Assembly: GCA_947302485.1 (NCBI GenBank)
Contig: CAMYVO010000005.1
Location: forward strand, 981-64,980
From: an uncultured Clostridium sp.
GTDB lineage: Bacteria; Bacillota; Clostridia; TANB77; CAG-508
DNA length: 64,000 nt
Reading direction: 5' to 3'
Of the stretch, positions 22,137 through 33,522 are shown one piece after another. Position numbers and translations under genes: made by a program. Within the stretch, counting starts at the first letter, position 1. Each line of letters starts with the position of its first letter. The notes under the pieces are model-generated. The model saw nothing but the letters and a program-made list of their open reading frames with translations, was not told the origin of the DNA and did no database searches.

Positions 22137-23900
22137 TTACTCACATCTTGCAAACCACACTCTTCTTAAATCTTTACTTGCTTCTATTACTTCTACCTGT
22201 ATTTTATCACCGATTTTAAATACTTGTTTTGTATGTTCACCTGTTAAATTCTTTTTCTCATCATCATATATATAATACTCATTTCCAAGATTTTCGAATC
22301 TAATTAAACCTTCAACTGTATTTTCCAATTCTACAAAAACGCCAAATGAAGTGATACTACTGATAATTCCATTATATATATTTCCTATTTTATCTTCCAT
22401 AAATTCTGCTTTTTTTATATCTTCGCTTTCTCTTTCCATTTTTTGTGCATTTTTTTCCCTATTTGAAGATTCTTCTGCATATTTTTTTGCAAGTTCTGTA
22501 TATCTTTCTTTATCTCGATTACTAAAGTTATATCCCTGATTTATATATTTTGAAATAATCCTATGAATAAATAAATCTGGATATCTTCTAATAGGTGATG
22601 TAAAATGGCAATAGTATTTACTTGAAATTCCAAAATGTCCTTTATTTTCATTTTCATATATTGCAATTTTTAACGTTCTAAGTATTAGATTAGAAATTAC
22701 TTTTTCTTCTGGTTTACCTTTTGCTTTTTTTAATATATCGCTGAATGCTTTTGGGTGAATATTTTCTTTATTACCTTTAATCTTGTATCCAAAGTTAAAT
22801 AGAAATTTATTTAACTCTTTAACTTTTTCCATATCAGGTTTTTCATGCACACGATAAATAAAAGGTGCTTCTAGCCAGAAAAATTTTTCGGCTACTACTT
22901 CATTTGCAGTTAGCATAAATTGTTCTATAATCTGATTTGAAAAACTTGATTCATATTTTCTTACATCAATCGGCTTACCTTTTTTATTAAGTACAATCTT
23001 GCTTTCCGGTATATCAAGTTCTAAATAACCCTGAGCTATTCTTTTGTTCTGTAATATTTTTGCTAATTCCTCCATTTTTTTAAATTGTTCTATATATTTA
23101 TGATATTTTTCCGTAATTTCTTTATCGTTTTCATCTAATATCTTTTGGACATCTGTATAATTCATTCTTTCTGTTACGTTTATCACTGCTTTGAATATAT
23201 CCGAAGAAATTACATTACCTTTTGCATCTATTTCCATTTCTACTGATAATGTATATCTATCTTTCCCTGCATTTAAGCTACAAATTCCATTTGATAATCT
23301 TCTAGGAAGCATTGGTATTACCTTATCAAAGATATATACACTTGTTCCTCTTGTAACTGCCTCTAGATCAAGTTTAGAATTTTCTTTAACATAGTAACTC
23401 ACATCTGCAATATGAACACCTAACATAAAGTTGCCATTTTCTAGTTTTTTAACGCAAACTGCATCATCTAAATCCTTTGCATCTTCACCATCAATTGTAA
23501 ATATACTTTCATCTCGTAAATCTACACGATTTGGCAAATCCTTTTTTTCTATTTCTTGCTTAATTTGTTTTGCTTCCTCTAATACAAATTTAGGAAATTT
23601 GTATGGAAGATTGTATTCTTTTACAAGACTTAACAAATCGACTTCAGCTTCATCTTTATTTCCAAGTACTTCAATTATTTTCCCTTCTGCACTCTTTTCT
23701 TTTTTAGGATATTTTGTAATTTGAACTACAACTTTTTGTTCATTTTTTGCATTTTTCATATTTCTTTTTGCAATAAATATATCTGAGCCAATTTTTCTGT
23801 TATCTGGAACGACAAATCCGAAATCTTTATTTTTTTTAAATGTTCCTACTATTTGATTTTTTCCTGTCTGTTTTATTTTATCAATTGTTTTTTGTTTCAT
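22137..23900 (-). CDS. rnr: Ribonuclease R (short form: CSD-RNB-S1)
   Basis: RNB motifs (DLDDAV, GVHIADVSYY), C-terminal S1 domain. Confidence 0.88.
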   Translation of the reverse strand: MKQKTIDKIKQTGKNQIVGTFKKNKDFGFVVPDNRKIGSDIFIAKRNMKNAKNEQKVVVQITKYPKKEKSAEGKIIEVLGNKDEAEVDLLSLVKEYNLPYKFPKFVLEEAKQIKQEIEKKDLPNRVDLRDESIFTIDGEDAKDLDDAVCVKKLENGNFMLGVHIADVSYYVKENSKLDLEAVTRGTSVYIFDKVIPMLPRRLSNGICSLNAGKDRYTLSVEMEIDAKGNVISSDIFKAVINVTERMNYTDVQKILDENDKEITEKYHKYIEQFKKMEELAKILQNKRIAQGYLELDIPESKIVLNKKGKPIDVRKYESSFSNQIIEQFMLTANEVVAEKFFWLEAPFIYRVHEKPDMEKVKELNKFLFNFGYKIKGNKENIHPKAFSDILKKAKGKPEEKVISNLILRTLKIAIYENENKGHFGISSKYYCHFTSPIRRYPDLFIHRIISKYINQGYNFSNRDKERYTELAKKYAEESSNREKNAQKMERESEDIKKAEFMEDKIGNIYNGIISSITSFGVFVELENTVEGLIRFENLGNEYYIYDDEKKNLTGEHTKQVFKIGDKIQVEVIEASKDLRRVWFARCE

Positions 23901-23977
23901 TCAACCACCACACATAAATAAAATTAGAAATAATGAGGCAGCTATGTACTGCCTCATTACTATTATTAACTAATATT

Positions 23978-24226
23978 TTAAATAACATACACAATTGATA
24001 ATGCAATCGTAAGTATAACAAATGCAATTGCTAGAATTATAGTCCATTTTTTTAATTTACCTTCTTTTGTTCTTCCTTTGTTTTTATCAAAGAAATTATT
24101 TGTAGAAGATCCAGTTATTGTTGCAGACATTCCTCCGTCTTCTTTAGATTGTGACATTGTAATTATAATTAATGCAAAACACACAATAACATCTAATACT
24201 ATTAATATATATTTTAATACTTCCAT
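23978..24226 (-). CDS. secG: Preprotein translocase subunit SecG
   Basis: 82 aa, two TM helices with a Gly-rich loop; typical secG-rnr synteny. Confidence 0.8.
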   Translation of the reverse strand: MEVLKYILIVLDVIVCFALIIITMSQSKEDGGMSATITGSSTNNFFDKNKGRTKEGKLKKWTIILAIAFVILTIALSIVYVI

Positions 24227-24359
24227 TTTATATTTCCTCCCAGAAAGCTTTATTTACACTTTAATAATTTTAGCATAAAACTACATTAAATGTAAATAGT
24301 TTTTAGTATTTTTTATAAAATGTACACATATCTTTTATATATAAATAGAGGTGTAACTT

Positions 24360-25412
24360 ATGTTCTTTAGAGTTTTTAAATTTAAAAAAATCACTTTAAT
24401 GTTTTTTATTTTATTATTTATTCCTTTAATTCTATTCTACTATATATATGCAAATACCTTAATATATTATTGGGATGAAGAAAGCAATTCAAAAGGTATG
24501 AACTATATTAAATGGGTTGAATTTACTCCTTCAGTATGGTTACTTGAAAAAACATCTAATATAGATATAAAATCTCATAACGAAAATTGGGATATTAAAA
24601 TAAATTGGATTGAACTTTTAGCATATTTGTCTGCTAAATATTATGGGAATTTAGATAAATTTAAGCAATCAGATTTAGATAATTTAGTCCAAAGATTAAA
24701 AGAAGGTAAAACAATTGAAGAATTGACTTCTAATTTAAATCTATATGATTATTATTATGAGAGCTATAATGCAATATTATGTCAATTTATTGGTGATTAC
24801 GAAGTAGAAATTGAAAATAATGGAATAAAACAATATGAAGGTAAATATGGTATTAAAGCATTTCTTCCTATTGCAAAAAAATATAGTTTTAGCCATTACA
24901 AAGATTTTGGTAATTCAAGATCATATGGATATAGAAGAAGACACCTTGGAAATGATTTAATGGGAAGTATTGGAACACCTATAATAGCAGTAGAATCTGG
25001 TATAATTGAAGCAATAGGATGGAATCAGTATGGTGGTTGGAGAATTGGTATAAGAAGTTTCGATAAAAAAAGATATTATTACTATGCACATTTAAGAAAA
25101 GATCATCCATTTAATAATGAATTTAAGGAAGGTGATATAGTAAAAGCAGGTGATGTTATTGGATATTTAGGCATGACTGGATACAGCTTAAAAGAAAATG
25201 TAAATAATATAAATGTTCCACATTTGCATTTTGGTATGCAGATCATTTTTGATGAATCTCAAAAAGATGGAATAAATCAAATATGGATTGATGTATATAA
25301 CATTATTGAATTTTTAAGGAAACATAGATCTGAAGTGTACCTTGATAAATCAAATGAAACTAAAGATTATGTTAGAAAATACGATATTATAGATCCTGTA
25401 ATAAATAAATAA
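24360..25412 (+). CDS. M23-family peptidase with N-terminal TM anchor
   Basis: HLGNDL (HxxxD) and VPHLHFGMQI motifs. Confidence 0.8.
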   Translation: MFFRVFKFKKITLMFFILLFIPLILFYYIYANTLIYYWDEESNSKGMNYIKWVEFTPSVWLLEKTSNIDIKSHNENWDIKINWIELLAYLSAKYYGNLDKFKQSDLDNLVQRLKEGKTIEELTSNLNLYDYYYESYNAILCQFIGDYEVEIENNGIKQYEGKYGIKAFLPIAKKYSFSHYKDFGNSRSYGYRRRHLGNDLMGSIGTPIIAVESGIIEAIGWNQYGGWRIGIRSFDKKRYYYYAHLRKDHPFNNEFKEGDIVKAGDVIGYLGMTGYSLKENVNNINVPHLHFGMQIIFDESQKDGINQIWIDVYNIIEFLRKHRSEVYLDKSNETKDYVRKYDIIDPVINK

Positions 25413-25517
25413 TTCACCTATTCTTTTCTCTATTTTACAAATAATCTATTATTATTCTTTTCAAATTATATTTTTTGTTATAAAATACATTTGAAATATA
25501 TTTGCGAGGTAATAAAT

Positions 25518-26228
25518 ATGAAGTTTTTAAAGAAATTATTACTTATTGTTGTTATTGCAATTATTGTATTAATATCATTTATAGGTATTAATGGGTATAT
25601 AGTATATCATGATGCATTAAAAGAAATCACTTTAGAAGATAAAGTAAAACAAATTAGAGATAATAATAATTTCACAAGTTTAGATAATGTATCTTTAGAT
25701 TTCAAAAATGCTATTGTAGCTGTTGAAGACCATCGTTTTTATAGTCATTCAGGAGTTGACTATATTGGAACAGCTCGTGCAATATTTGTAAATGTAAAAA
25801 CAAATTCCTTAAGTCAGGGCGGTAGCACTATCACTCAGCAGCTTGCAAAAAATATTTACTTTTCAAATGATACTAATTTAATGGAAAAAATTGCAGAAAT
25901 ACTTATTTCACTTGATTTAGAAAAAAAATATTCCAAAGATGAAATTTTAGAATTATATATAAACAGTATTTACTATGGAAATGGATATTATTGTATTGGT
26001 GATGCATCAAATGGTTATTTTGATAAAAAACCAATTGATATGTCAAGATATGAATCTACTTTACTTGCAGGTGTTCCAAATGCACCTTCTGTATATGCTC
26101 CAAGCGTAAATCTTGATTTAGCAGAAAAAAGGCAGAACAAAGTATTAAGTTCTATGGTTGAATATGGTTATTTAACAGAAGAAGAATCAAATAATGTAAA
26201 ATCAGAACAAAAAAGCAAGAATCCCTAA
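25518..26228 (+). CDS. mtgA: Monofunctional peptidoglycan glycosyltransferase (GT51)
   Basis: GT51 motifs EDHRFYSHSGVD and GGSTITQQLAKN; start set at MKFLKK with SD GAGGT. Confidence 0.85.
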   Translation: MKFLKKLLLIVVIAIIVLISFIGINGYIVYHDALKEITLEDKVKQIRDNNNFTSLDNVSLDFKNAIVAVEDHRFYSHSGVDYIGTARAIFVNVKTNSLSQGGSTITQQLAKNIYFSNDTNLMEKIAEILISLDLEKKYSKDEILELYINSIYYGNGYYCIGDASNGYFDKKPIDMSRYESTLLAGVPNAPSVYAPSVNLDLAEKRQNKVLSSMVEYGYLTEEESNNVKSEQKSKNP

Positions 26229-26245
26229 AATTCTTGCTTTTTATG
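26215..26245. terminator. Hairpin plus U-run between the convergent mtgA and metG genes
   Basis: gcaagaat-ccctaaa-attcttgc followed by TTTTT. Confidence 0.5.
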
Positions 26246-26252
26246 TGCTGAT

Positions 26253-27833
26253 TTATTTTTTCATTTTATTCTTTATATATTCTATCTCTTCTTCCATATC
26301 TAATCTTAAAAATAAAGGCTCTCCTTTAGCCATTACTTTTAAATTAGATGGTAAACCATCATATCCTTTTATGCTATTCCATGTCTGCAAGTCCTCTTTA
26401 ATTTCTAACTGCTTAAACATTTTTTTTGATGTTTCTGGCATAAAAGGTGTAAGTAAAATTGCTATTTTTCTTAAGTTTTCAACTAGATGATACATAACTG
26501 AATCAAGTTTTAATTTATCTTCTTCTTTTGCAAGTTTCCATGGCTCTGTTTCATCTATATATTTATTTGTTCTAGAAATTATTGTCCATAATTCCGTTAA
26601 AGCTATTGATAAGTGATATTTTTCTATGTTTTCTTCCACAATATCAATTTGTTTGTTAGTTGTTTTTTCTAAATCTTCATCAGATTCATTTATAATCCCC
26701 TTATATGAAGGAACAATTCCATCATAAAACTTATTTATCATGCCTATTGTTCTATTAAGTAAATTCCCCAAATCATTGCATAACTCATAGTTAAATCTTT
26801 CTACAAAACTTTCAGGTGAAAATATACCATCTTGTTCAAAACTTAATTCTCTTAATAGAAAATATCTTGTTGCATCTAATCCATAGCGTTCAATTAAATC
26901 CTCCGGGTATATAACATTTCCCTTTGATTTACTCATTTTACCATCTTTCATCATTATAAATCCATGTGCATAAACGGTTTTAGGTAATGGAATATCCAAA
27001 GCCATTAGAAAGATAGGCCAATATATAGCATGGAAACGTACAATATCCTTTCCTACAACTTGGATATCTGCTGGCCAATACTTTTTAAATAAAGTATCAT
27101 CATCTGTCATATATCCTAAGAACGTAATATAGTTTGTTAATGCATCTAACCAAACATAAACTACATGTTTTGGATCTTTTTTTACTTTAATGCCCCAATC
27201 AAAAGTTGTACGTGTAACACATAAATCTTCAAGACCAGGTTTTATAAAATTATTTATCATTTCATTTTTTCTTGATTCTGGCTGTATAAAGTTAGGGTGT
27301 TCGTCATAATATTTTAGTAATCTATCTGCATATTTTTTCATATTAAAAAAGTATGCTTCCTCTTTCATTAATTTTACTTCTCTACCGCAATCTGGGCATT
27401 TACCATCTACAAGCTGTGTTTTTGTAAAATATGATTCACATGGTACACAATACCATCCTTCATATTCGCCTTTATATATATCTCCTGATTTCATAAATTT
27501 ATCAAATATTTTTTGAACTATTTCTTCGTGTTTAGGATTTGTTGTTCGAACAAATTCATCATATTCAATATGCATTTTACTCCATAAACGCTTCGCATCC
27601 TCAGCAATTTTATCAACATATTCTTGAGGTTTCATGTTATTCTCTATTGCTACAGTCTCAATCTTTTGTCCATGTTCATCAGTACCTGTTGTAAATCTTA
27701 CATCATATCCTCTTAATTTTTTATATCTTGCAATTGCATCTGAAAATGTTGTGGTATATGCAGTTCCTATATGGAATCTTCCACTAGGATAATAAATAGG
27801 TGTTGTTATATAAAATGTATTATTATGTTTCAT
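26253..27833 (-). CDS. metG: Methionine--tRNA ligase (short form without the C-terminal tRNA-binding domain)
   Basis: HIGTAYT (HIGH) and KMSKS motifs, Zn knuckle CPDCG. Confidence 0.95.
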   Translation of the reverse strand: MKHNNTFYITTPIYYPSGRFHIGTAYTTTFSDAIARYKKLRGYDVRFTTGTDEHGQKIETVAIENNMKPQEYVDKIAEDAKRLWSKMHIEYDEFVRTTNPKHEEIVQKIFDKFMKSGDIYKGEYEGWYCVPCESYFTKTQLVDGKCPDCGREVKLMKEEAYFFNMKKYADRLLKYYDEHPNFIQPESRKNEMINNFIKPGLEDLCVTRTTFDWGIKVKKDPKHVVYVWLDALTNYITFLGYMTDDDTLFKKYWPADIQVVGKDIVRFHAIYWPIFLMALDIPLPKTVYAHGFIMMKDGKMSKSKGNVIYPEDLIERYGLDATRYFLLRELSFEQDGIFSPESFVERFNYELCNDLGNLLNRTIGMINKFYDGIVPSYKGIINESDEDLEKTTNKQIDIVEENIEKYHLSIALTELWTIISRTNKYIDETEPWKLAKEEDKLKLDSVMYHLVENLRKIAILLTPFMPETSKKMFKQLEIKEDLQTWNSIKGYDGLPSNLKVMAKGEPLFLRLDMEEEIEYIKNKMKK

Positions 27834-27998
27834 ATTTCCTCCTATCTCATTTCATATTTTTAAACTCTTTATTTTATTATATTATATTTAAGATTTTTTA
27901 AACATATAAATTATACTATATATTAATAATGGTTGCAATAAAATTATAAAACAAAAAAGAACCTTTAAAAGATTCTTTCTTGTTTTATACTAATTAAA

Positions 27999-28184
27999 TT
28001 ATTCTTCTTCTTTCATTTCTACTACTTGTTTACCATTATAATATCCACAGTTAGGACAAGCTCTATGTGACATTACTGGTTCATGGCAGTGTGGACATGT
28101 AGCTATACTTGGATTTTCTAGTTTCCATGTAGATCTTCTTAATCCTGTTCTTGCTTTTGACCATCTTCTTTTTGGTTGTGCCAT
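27999..28184 (-). CDS. rpmF: 50S ribosomal protein L32
   Basis: L32 N-terminus (KRRWSKARTGLRRS) and CPHC..CPNCG zinc ribbon. Confidence 0.85.
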   Translation of the reverse strand: MAQPKRRWSKARTGLRRSTWKLENPSIATCPHCHEPVMSHRACPNCGYYNGKQVVEMKEEE

Positions 28185-28291
28185 TTTTATTCCCTCCTCG
28201 TCTTTAGAAAGATATTTATATATCTATGATTATTTTTATCTAAATTTAAATGCTATAATAGTATACTAATTTTTTTTTGATTTGTCAAGAT

Positions 28292-28948
28292 TTATTGTGC
28301 ATATTTTGCAATTAATGCCTTAATTTTTATTCCTTGACTTGAAAACATCTCTTCATGTTCTGTTATTATGTTTGTTTCAAAGATATTATCATTGTGTAGA
28401 TCTCTTGTATATTTTATAACTTCAAAACCTGATTCTCTAAAATATTTTAAGCTATCTTCAAAAAGTCCATCATCATCTGTTTTAAAATGTATTTCTCCAT
28501 TCTTCTTTAAAAAAGCTTTATATAATTCTAGTTGTTTTGGATACGTAAGACGCTTTTTTCTATGTTTTCCTTTTGGCCATGGATTACAAAAATTAATATA
28601 TATTCTTTCTATAATATCAGTTTCATCAAGAATTAAAAATATTCTTTCAACATCAATTCTAGCAAGAACTAAATTGTTTACTGAATCTTCTCCAAATTCT
28701 TTTTCTACATTTCTTTTTGCCAGTCCGAGCATAGTGTCTATCATATCTACTGCTATGTAATTAATTTGTGCATTAATTTTTGCAAGTTTTGCAATAAATG
28801 TTCCTTTACCACACCCCAGCTCTAAATGTATTGGATTTTCATTATTAAAATATTCTCTCCATTTCCCCTTTTTATCTATTGGACTATCAAAATAAAATGC
28901 ACATTCTTCTAATTCTTTATTTACCCATTTCTTTCTACGTATTCTCAT
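28292..28948 (-). CDS. trmB: tRNA (guanine46-N7)-methyltransferase
   Basis: ELGCGKG SAM motif; start set at MRIRRKKW by homology. Confidence 0.88.
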   Translation of the reverse strand: MRIRRKKWVNKELEECAFYFDSPIDKKGKWREYFNNENPIHLELGCGKGTFIAKLAKINAQINYIAVDMIDTMLGLAKRNVEKEFGEDSVNNLVLARIDVERIFLILDETDIIERIYINFCNPWPKGKHRKKRLTYPKQLELYKAFLKKNGEIHFKTDDDGLFEDSLKYFRESGFEVIKYTRDLHNDNIFETNIITEHEEMFSSQGIKIKALIAKYAQ

Positions 28949-29013
28949 TATTACTCCTTGTTTTTTGTTAAGTATTATAATTATCAATATAAATTTTACA
29001 ATATTTTTTAAAA

Positions 29014-29056
29014 AATGACAAGACTGCTAGTCACAACGTAACTAGCAGTCTTGCCT
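29014..29056 (-). terminator. Rho-independent terminator of the small Cys-rich gene
   Basis: 13-bp perfect stem caagactgctagt/actagcagtcttg followed by TCATTTTTT on the minus strand. Confidence 0.8.
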
Positions 29057-29061
29057 GGAGT

Positions 29062-29244
29062 TTAGTCTTTTGGGCAAAGCTTCGAGCAAAACCGTGTACC
29101 CTCTGCTACACAGTGAGTATGCTTGCAGTTTTTGCACGGGCAGGCAATTATCTCTGCCCTCTTAGTGGATTCACATAAAATGATTTCCACCCGTACCACA
29201 AGCTCATTCTCCTTAGCTTTGCCTTTGTTTCCTGCTTTTTTCAT
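29062..29244 (-). CDS. Small (60 aa) cysteine-rich protein of unknown family, in a GC-rich (~45%) island; contains two in-frame CGG codons
   Basis: SD AGGAGA 7 nt upstream, own terminator, 7 Cys (C-x11-CPC-x2-C-x4-C-x8-C-x3-C). CGG at 29191-29193 and 29092-29094 are in frame. Confidence 0.55.
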   Translation of the reverse strand: MKKAGNKGKAKENELVVRVEIILCESTKRAEIIACPCKNCKHTHCVAEGTRFCSKLCPKD

Positions 29245-29424
29245 ATCATTTCTCCTATGTCTTACTAACCTATACAGGTTATATTTATTATATCACATTT
29301 TAAACTATATTTCAAATTTTTCCCAATTTTAAATTTGTTAAAAAATAGACACATATTGACTTTTAATATTTATTTCCAATATAATACAAGAAATTATATA
29401 TATTTCAAGGAGATATATTACCGT

Positions 29425-30306
29425 ATGGAATTATCATATTTAGTAAATAATAATAAATATAAAACAATACGTGAAATATTAAAGCAAGAATTTGAGATTT
29501 CTGATAGACTATTATTACATTTAAAAAAAGAACAAAAAATATTTCTAAACAATCAAAAATCATATTCTCATGCTTTAGTTAAAAACGGAGATATCATATC
29601 TGTATTAATTGATTTCGAAGAAGAAAGTACAAATATCGTTCCTAAAAAAATAAAGATTAATATCTTGTTTGAAGACGAATATTTATTAATAGTTAATAAA
29701 CAAAGTAATATTGCAGTTCATCCATCACATACTCATTACTCAAATAGTTTATCCAATGGTGTTAAATATTATTTTAATTCTATTAATTTAAAGAAAAAAA
29801 TACGAATTGTCAATCGTTTAGATAAAGATACTTCAGGACTTGTAATTTTTGCTAAAAATGAATATATACAAGAATGCCTTATTAAGCAAATGAAAAATAA
29901 AATTTTTAAAAAGGAATATATTGGAATTGTTGATGGTATTTTAACAAAAAAATATGGTACCATTTCTGCACCAATAGCCAGAAAAGATAATAGCATTATA
30001 GAAAGGTGTATTTCTCCTAATGGAGTTTCTGCAATTACACATTATAAAATTTTAAAAGAGTATAATAATTACTCACTAGTACAATTTACTTTAGAAACTG
30101 GAAGAACACATCAGATACGTGTTCATTCAGCATATATAGGTCACCCAATTTCTGGAGACACTTTGTATGGCACTTCATCTACATATATTTCTAGGCAAGC
30201 ATTACATTGCAATAGACTCTTCTTTATTCATCCAATATTACGTAAAAAAATGTCTATAGCAGCACCTCTTCCACAAGATATTTGTGCCTTTATAAATTCC
30301 ATATAA
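29425..30306 (+). CDS. rluD: RluA-family 23S rRNA pseudouridine synthase (RluD-like, S4 plus catalytic domain)
   Basis: Motif II NRLDKDTSGL with catalytic Asp and GRTHQIRVH; start at MELSY with SD AGGAG. Confidence 0.85.
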   Translation: MELSYLVNNNKYKTIREILKQEFEISDRLLLHLKKEQKIFLNNQKSYSHALVKNGDIISVLIDFEEESTNIVPKKIKINILFEDEYLLIVNKQSNIAVHPSHTHYSNSLSNGVKYYFNSINLKKKIRIVNRLDKDTSGLVIFAKNEYIQECLIKQMKNKIFKKEYIGIVDGILTKKYGTISAPIARKDNSIIERCISPNGVSAITHYKILKEYNNYSLVQFTLETGRTHQIRVHSAYIGHPISGDTLYGTSSTYISRQALHCNRLFFIHPILRKKMSIAAPLPQDICAFINSI

Positions 30307-30415
30307 ACGTAATTAATAAAACAATAATTTCTGCTGACTGAATAGAAATTATTTCTGAATATTTTTATATAATTTTGCAGATAATAAATTATATAAAGAA
30401 TGGAGGTGCATTTCT

Positions 30416-30517
30416 ATGTCAAACGAAAACAAGAAGAATAATAAGAACAACAATAAAAATAACAATAGAAATAATAATAATAATAACAACAATAATAACA
30501 ATAATGAATGCAGATAA
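30416..30517 (+). CDS. Candidate 33-aa micro-ORF encoding an Asn-rich peptide (MSNENKKNNKNNNKNNNR N12 ECR)
   Basis: Strong SD GGAGGTG 8 nt upstream of the ATG; AAT/AAC codon run; followed by a bidirectional terminator. Confidence 0.3.
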   Translation: MSNENKKNNKNNNKNNNRNNNNNNNNNNNNECR

Positions 30518-30541
30518 TTGTTTAATAAAATAAATTTAAAA

Positions 30542-30572
30542 GAACATGGGTAAACCGTGTTCTTTTAAATTT
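30542..30572. terminator. Bidirectional rho-independent terminator (micro-ORF / uvrA)
   Basis: aaaagaacatgg-gtaaa-ccgtgttctttt with A/T runs on both sides. Confidence 0.7.
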
Positions 30573-30575
30573 ATT

Positions 30576-33398
30576 TTATTCCAAATATTTTTTTAAAAAT
30601 TGTCCAGTATATGATCTTTCATTTTTTATAACTTGTTCAGGAGTACCTACTTGTATAATTTCTCCTCCTTTTTCTCCGCCTTCAGGTCCTAAGTCAATAA
30701 TATAATCGGCAGTTTTTATTAAATCTAAGTTATGTTCAATAACAATAATTGTATTTCCAGTATCCACAAGCCTATGTAATATATCTACAAGTTTATGCAC
30801 ATCTGCGATGTGTAAACCTGTTGTTGGTTCATCTAAAATGTATAAAGTCTTACCAGTAGCTTTTTTAGACAATTCTGTTGCAAGTTTTACACGTTGTGCT
30901 TCTCCTCCTGATAAAGTTGTAGATGGTTGTCCAAGTTTTATATATCCAAGGCCTACATCATATAATGTTTGTATTTTTTGTTTGATTTTAGGAATATTCT
31001 TAAAAAATTCTAATGATTCTTCTACTGTCATATCTAAAACATCAGAAATACTTTTCCCTTTATATTTTACCTCTAATGTTTCATGGTTATATCTTTTACC
31101 TTTACACACCTCACAAGGAACATAAATATCTGGCAAAAAATGCATTCCAATTCTTATTATTCCATCTCCACTACATGCTTCGCATCTTCCACCTTGTACA
31201 TTAAAGCTAAATCTTCCTTTTTGGTATCCTCTCATTTTTGCTTCATTAGTACCCGCAAAAATATCACGTATTGTATCAAATACGCCAGTATATGTTGCTG
31301 GATTTGATCTTGGAGTTCTTCCTATTGGAGATTGATCGATATTAATTATTTTATCAATATTCTCTATTCCTTTAATTTCCACACATTTTCCTGGCTTTTC
31401 ATTAGAATGATTTAATTCTTTAGCTATACTTTTGTAAAGCACTTCATCTATTAATGTACTTTTCCCCGAACCTGATACACCAGTTATACAGTTAAAAACG
31501 CCTAATGGAAATTTTACATTTATATTTTTTAAGTTGTTTTGTGTTGCACCTTTAATCTCAATATTTTTTCCACTAGATTTTCTTCTCTTTTTAGGAACAG
31601 AAATTTTCTTTCTACCGCTTAAATATTGTCCTGTAACAGATTCTGTAATCTTCTTAATTTCTTCTGCAGTTCCTTGTGCAATAACACTTCCTCCATGAAC
31701 ACCTGGTCCAGGCCCAATATCAATAATTTGGTCTGCTGCATACATTGTATCTTCATCATGCTCAACTACCAACACTGTATTTCCTAAATCTCTTAATTTT
31801 TTAAGTGTATCAATTAGTTTATCATTATCTCTTTGATGAAGGCCAATACTTGGTTCATCTAATATATATAATACTCCTGTTAAACTAGATCCTATTTGAG
31901 TTGCAAGTCTTATACGTTGAGCTTCTCCACCTGATAATGAACCCGCAGATCTTGATAAAGTTAGATATTCAAGTCCTACGTCAATTAAAAATTGTAATCG
32001 TTTATTTAATTCTTTAAAAATTTGACTTGCAATCATTTCCTCTTTTTTAGTTAAAGTTAAAGAATTAATGTATTGTTTAATTTCATATATTGGCATATCT
32101 GTTAGTTCTTTAATATTTAAACTTCCAACTTTAACAGATAAGCTTTCTTTTTTTAATCTTGCTCCATTACATGTATGACAAGGACTATTGCTCATATACA
32201 TTTCATAAAAATCACGCATTCCTTGTGATTTGGTCTCAGAATATCTTCTTTCTAGAGTTGGTATTACACCCTCAAAAGGTGTTGTGAATTTTCGTATTCC
32301 AGCTGCAGATTCAAACTTAAATTCAATTTCTTCATTACCTGTTCCATATAGTATTTTTTCTAAAAATTCTCTCGGAAGTTTTTTTATAGGTTGATTAATG
32401 TTTACTCCATAATATTTCCCAATACTTTCGAAGTACATTTTTGCCATTGTTTCAGATTTTTTCATACTGCTTGCACCAAAAGCTTTTACACCATCATATA
32501 ACGTTTTATTTTTATCTGGAATAATTAAATCTTCGTCCATTTTCATTAAATACCCAATTCCAGTACATGTTAGGCAAGCCCCAAAAGGGTTGTTAAAAGA
32601 AAACATCCTTGGTGTTAATTCTTCAATACTTATTCCACATATTGGACATGAATAATTAGCGCTAAATAGTTTTTCTTCTTTACCAATAATATCTACAATT
32701 ACCAAATTATCTGCATTTTTTAAAGAAACTTCTATTGATTCCGCTAAACGATTTCTAATATCATCCTTTATGACTAATCTATCAACAATCAATTCAATAT
32801 TATGCTTTTTCTTTCTATCTATATCAAGATCATCTGTTAGTTCTACTACTTGTCTATCAACTCTTGCGCGAACGAATCCTTGTTTTGAAAAACTTTGAAT
32901 AAGTTTCGTATACTCTCCTTTTCTTCCACGAACAATCGGAGATAATATTTGTATTTTTGTTCCATTTTCTAATTTCATTACTTCATCTACAATTTGATCT
33001 ATTGTTTGCTTTTCTATTTTTCTTCCACAGTTTGGACAATATGGAACACCAATTCTAGCATATAACAAGCGTAGATAATCATATATTTCTGTTACAGTTC
33101 CTACTGTAGAACGCGGATTTTTTGACGTAGTTTTTTGATCTATTGAAATAGCTGGTGATAATCCATCAATAGATTCAACTTCTGGTTTTTCCATTAATCC
33201 TAAAAATTGTCTAGCATAAGAAGATAAGCTTTCTACATATCTTCTTTGCCCTTCTGCATATAAAGTATCAAATGCAAGCGAAGATTTCCCAGATCCTGAA
33301 ACCCCTGTTATTACAACTAATTTATCTCTTGGTATATCTATATTAATATTTTTTAAATTATGTTCTTTTGCTCCTTTAACTCTAATTATATCGTTCAT
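30576..33398 (-). CDS. uvrA: Excinuclease ABC subunit A
   Basis: Two ABC ATPase modules ([20 protein letters not shown]), LSGGEAQR signatures, zinc fingers; 940 aa. Confidence 0.97.
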   Translation of the reverse strand: MNDIIRVKGAKEHNLKNINIDIPRDKLVVITGVSGSGKSSLAFDTLYAEGQRRYVESLSSYARQFLGLMEKPEVESIDGLSPAISIDQKTTSKNPRSTVGTVTEIYDYLRLLYARIGVPYCPNCGRKIEKQTIDQIVDEVMKLENGTKIQILSPIVRGRKGEYTKLIQSFSKQGFVRARVDRQVVELTDDLDIDRKKKHNIELIVDRLVIKDDIRNRLAESIEVSLKNADNLVIVDIIGKEEKLFSANYSCPICGISIEELTPRMFSFNNPFGACLTCTGIGYLMKMDEDLIIPDKNKTLYDGVKAFGASSMKKSETMAKMYFESIGKYYGVNINQPIKKLPREFLEKILYGTGNEEIEFKFESAAGIRKFTTPFEGVIPTLERRYSETKSQGMRDFYEMYMSNSPCHTCNGARLKKESLSVKVGSLNIKELTDMPIYEIKQYINSLTLTKKEEMIASQIFKELNKRLQFLIDVGLEYLTLSRSAGSLSGGEAQRIRLATQIGSSLTGVLYILDEPSIGLHQRDNDKLIDTLKKLRDLGNTVLVVEHDEDTMYAADQIIDIGPGPGVHGGSVIAQGTAEEIKKITESVTGQYLSGRKKISVPKKRRKSSGKNIEIKGATQNNLKNINVKFPLGVFNCITGVSGSGKSTLIDEVLYKSIAKELNHSNEKPGKCVEIKGIENIDKIINIDQSPIGRTPRSNPATYTGVFDTIRDIFAGTNEAKMRGYQKGRFSFNVQGGRCEACSGDGIIRIGMHFLPDIYVPCEVCKGKRYNHETLEVKYKGKSISDVLDMTVEESLEFFKNIPKIKQKIQTLYDVGLGYIKLGQPSTTLSGGEAQRVKLATELSKKATGKTLYILDEPTTGLHIADVHKLVDILHRLVDTGNTIIVIEHNLDLIKTADYIIDLGPEGGEKGGEIIQVGTPEQVIKNERSYTGQFLKKYLE

Positions 33399-33522
33399 AT
33401 TTTCCCCCTAGTTAATATTTAACTACTTGGTATTATACTACAGATCAAGGCACAAAACAAGAGTTTGTAAAAAATAGATTAATAAATATTAATCTATTAA
33501 TATTTATTAATCTATTTTTAGA

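Noticed and set aside
29040-29250. GC-rich island as an SRP RNA, 6S RNA or RNase P RNA
   Set aside because: None of the conserved motifs (SRP domain IV GGAAGCAG..., RNase P P4) are present. An SD, a clean ORF and a terminator favour a protein gene, though an ncRNA is not fully excluded.
30421-30508. AAT/AAC-rich tract as a CRISPR array or other structured repeat
   Set aside because: Irregular trinucleotide microsatellite, no spacer/repeat periodicity of 28-37 nt; no cas genes anywhere in the window.
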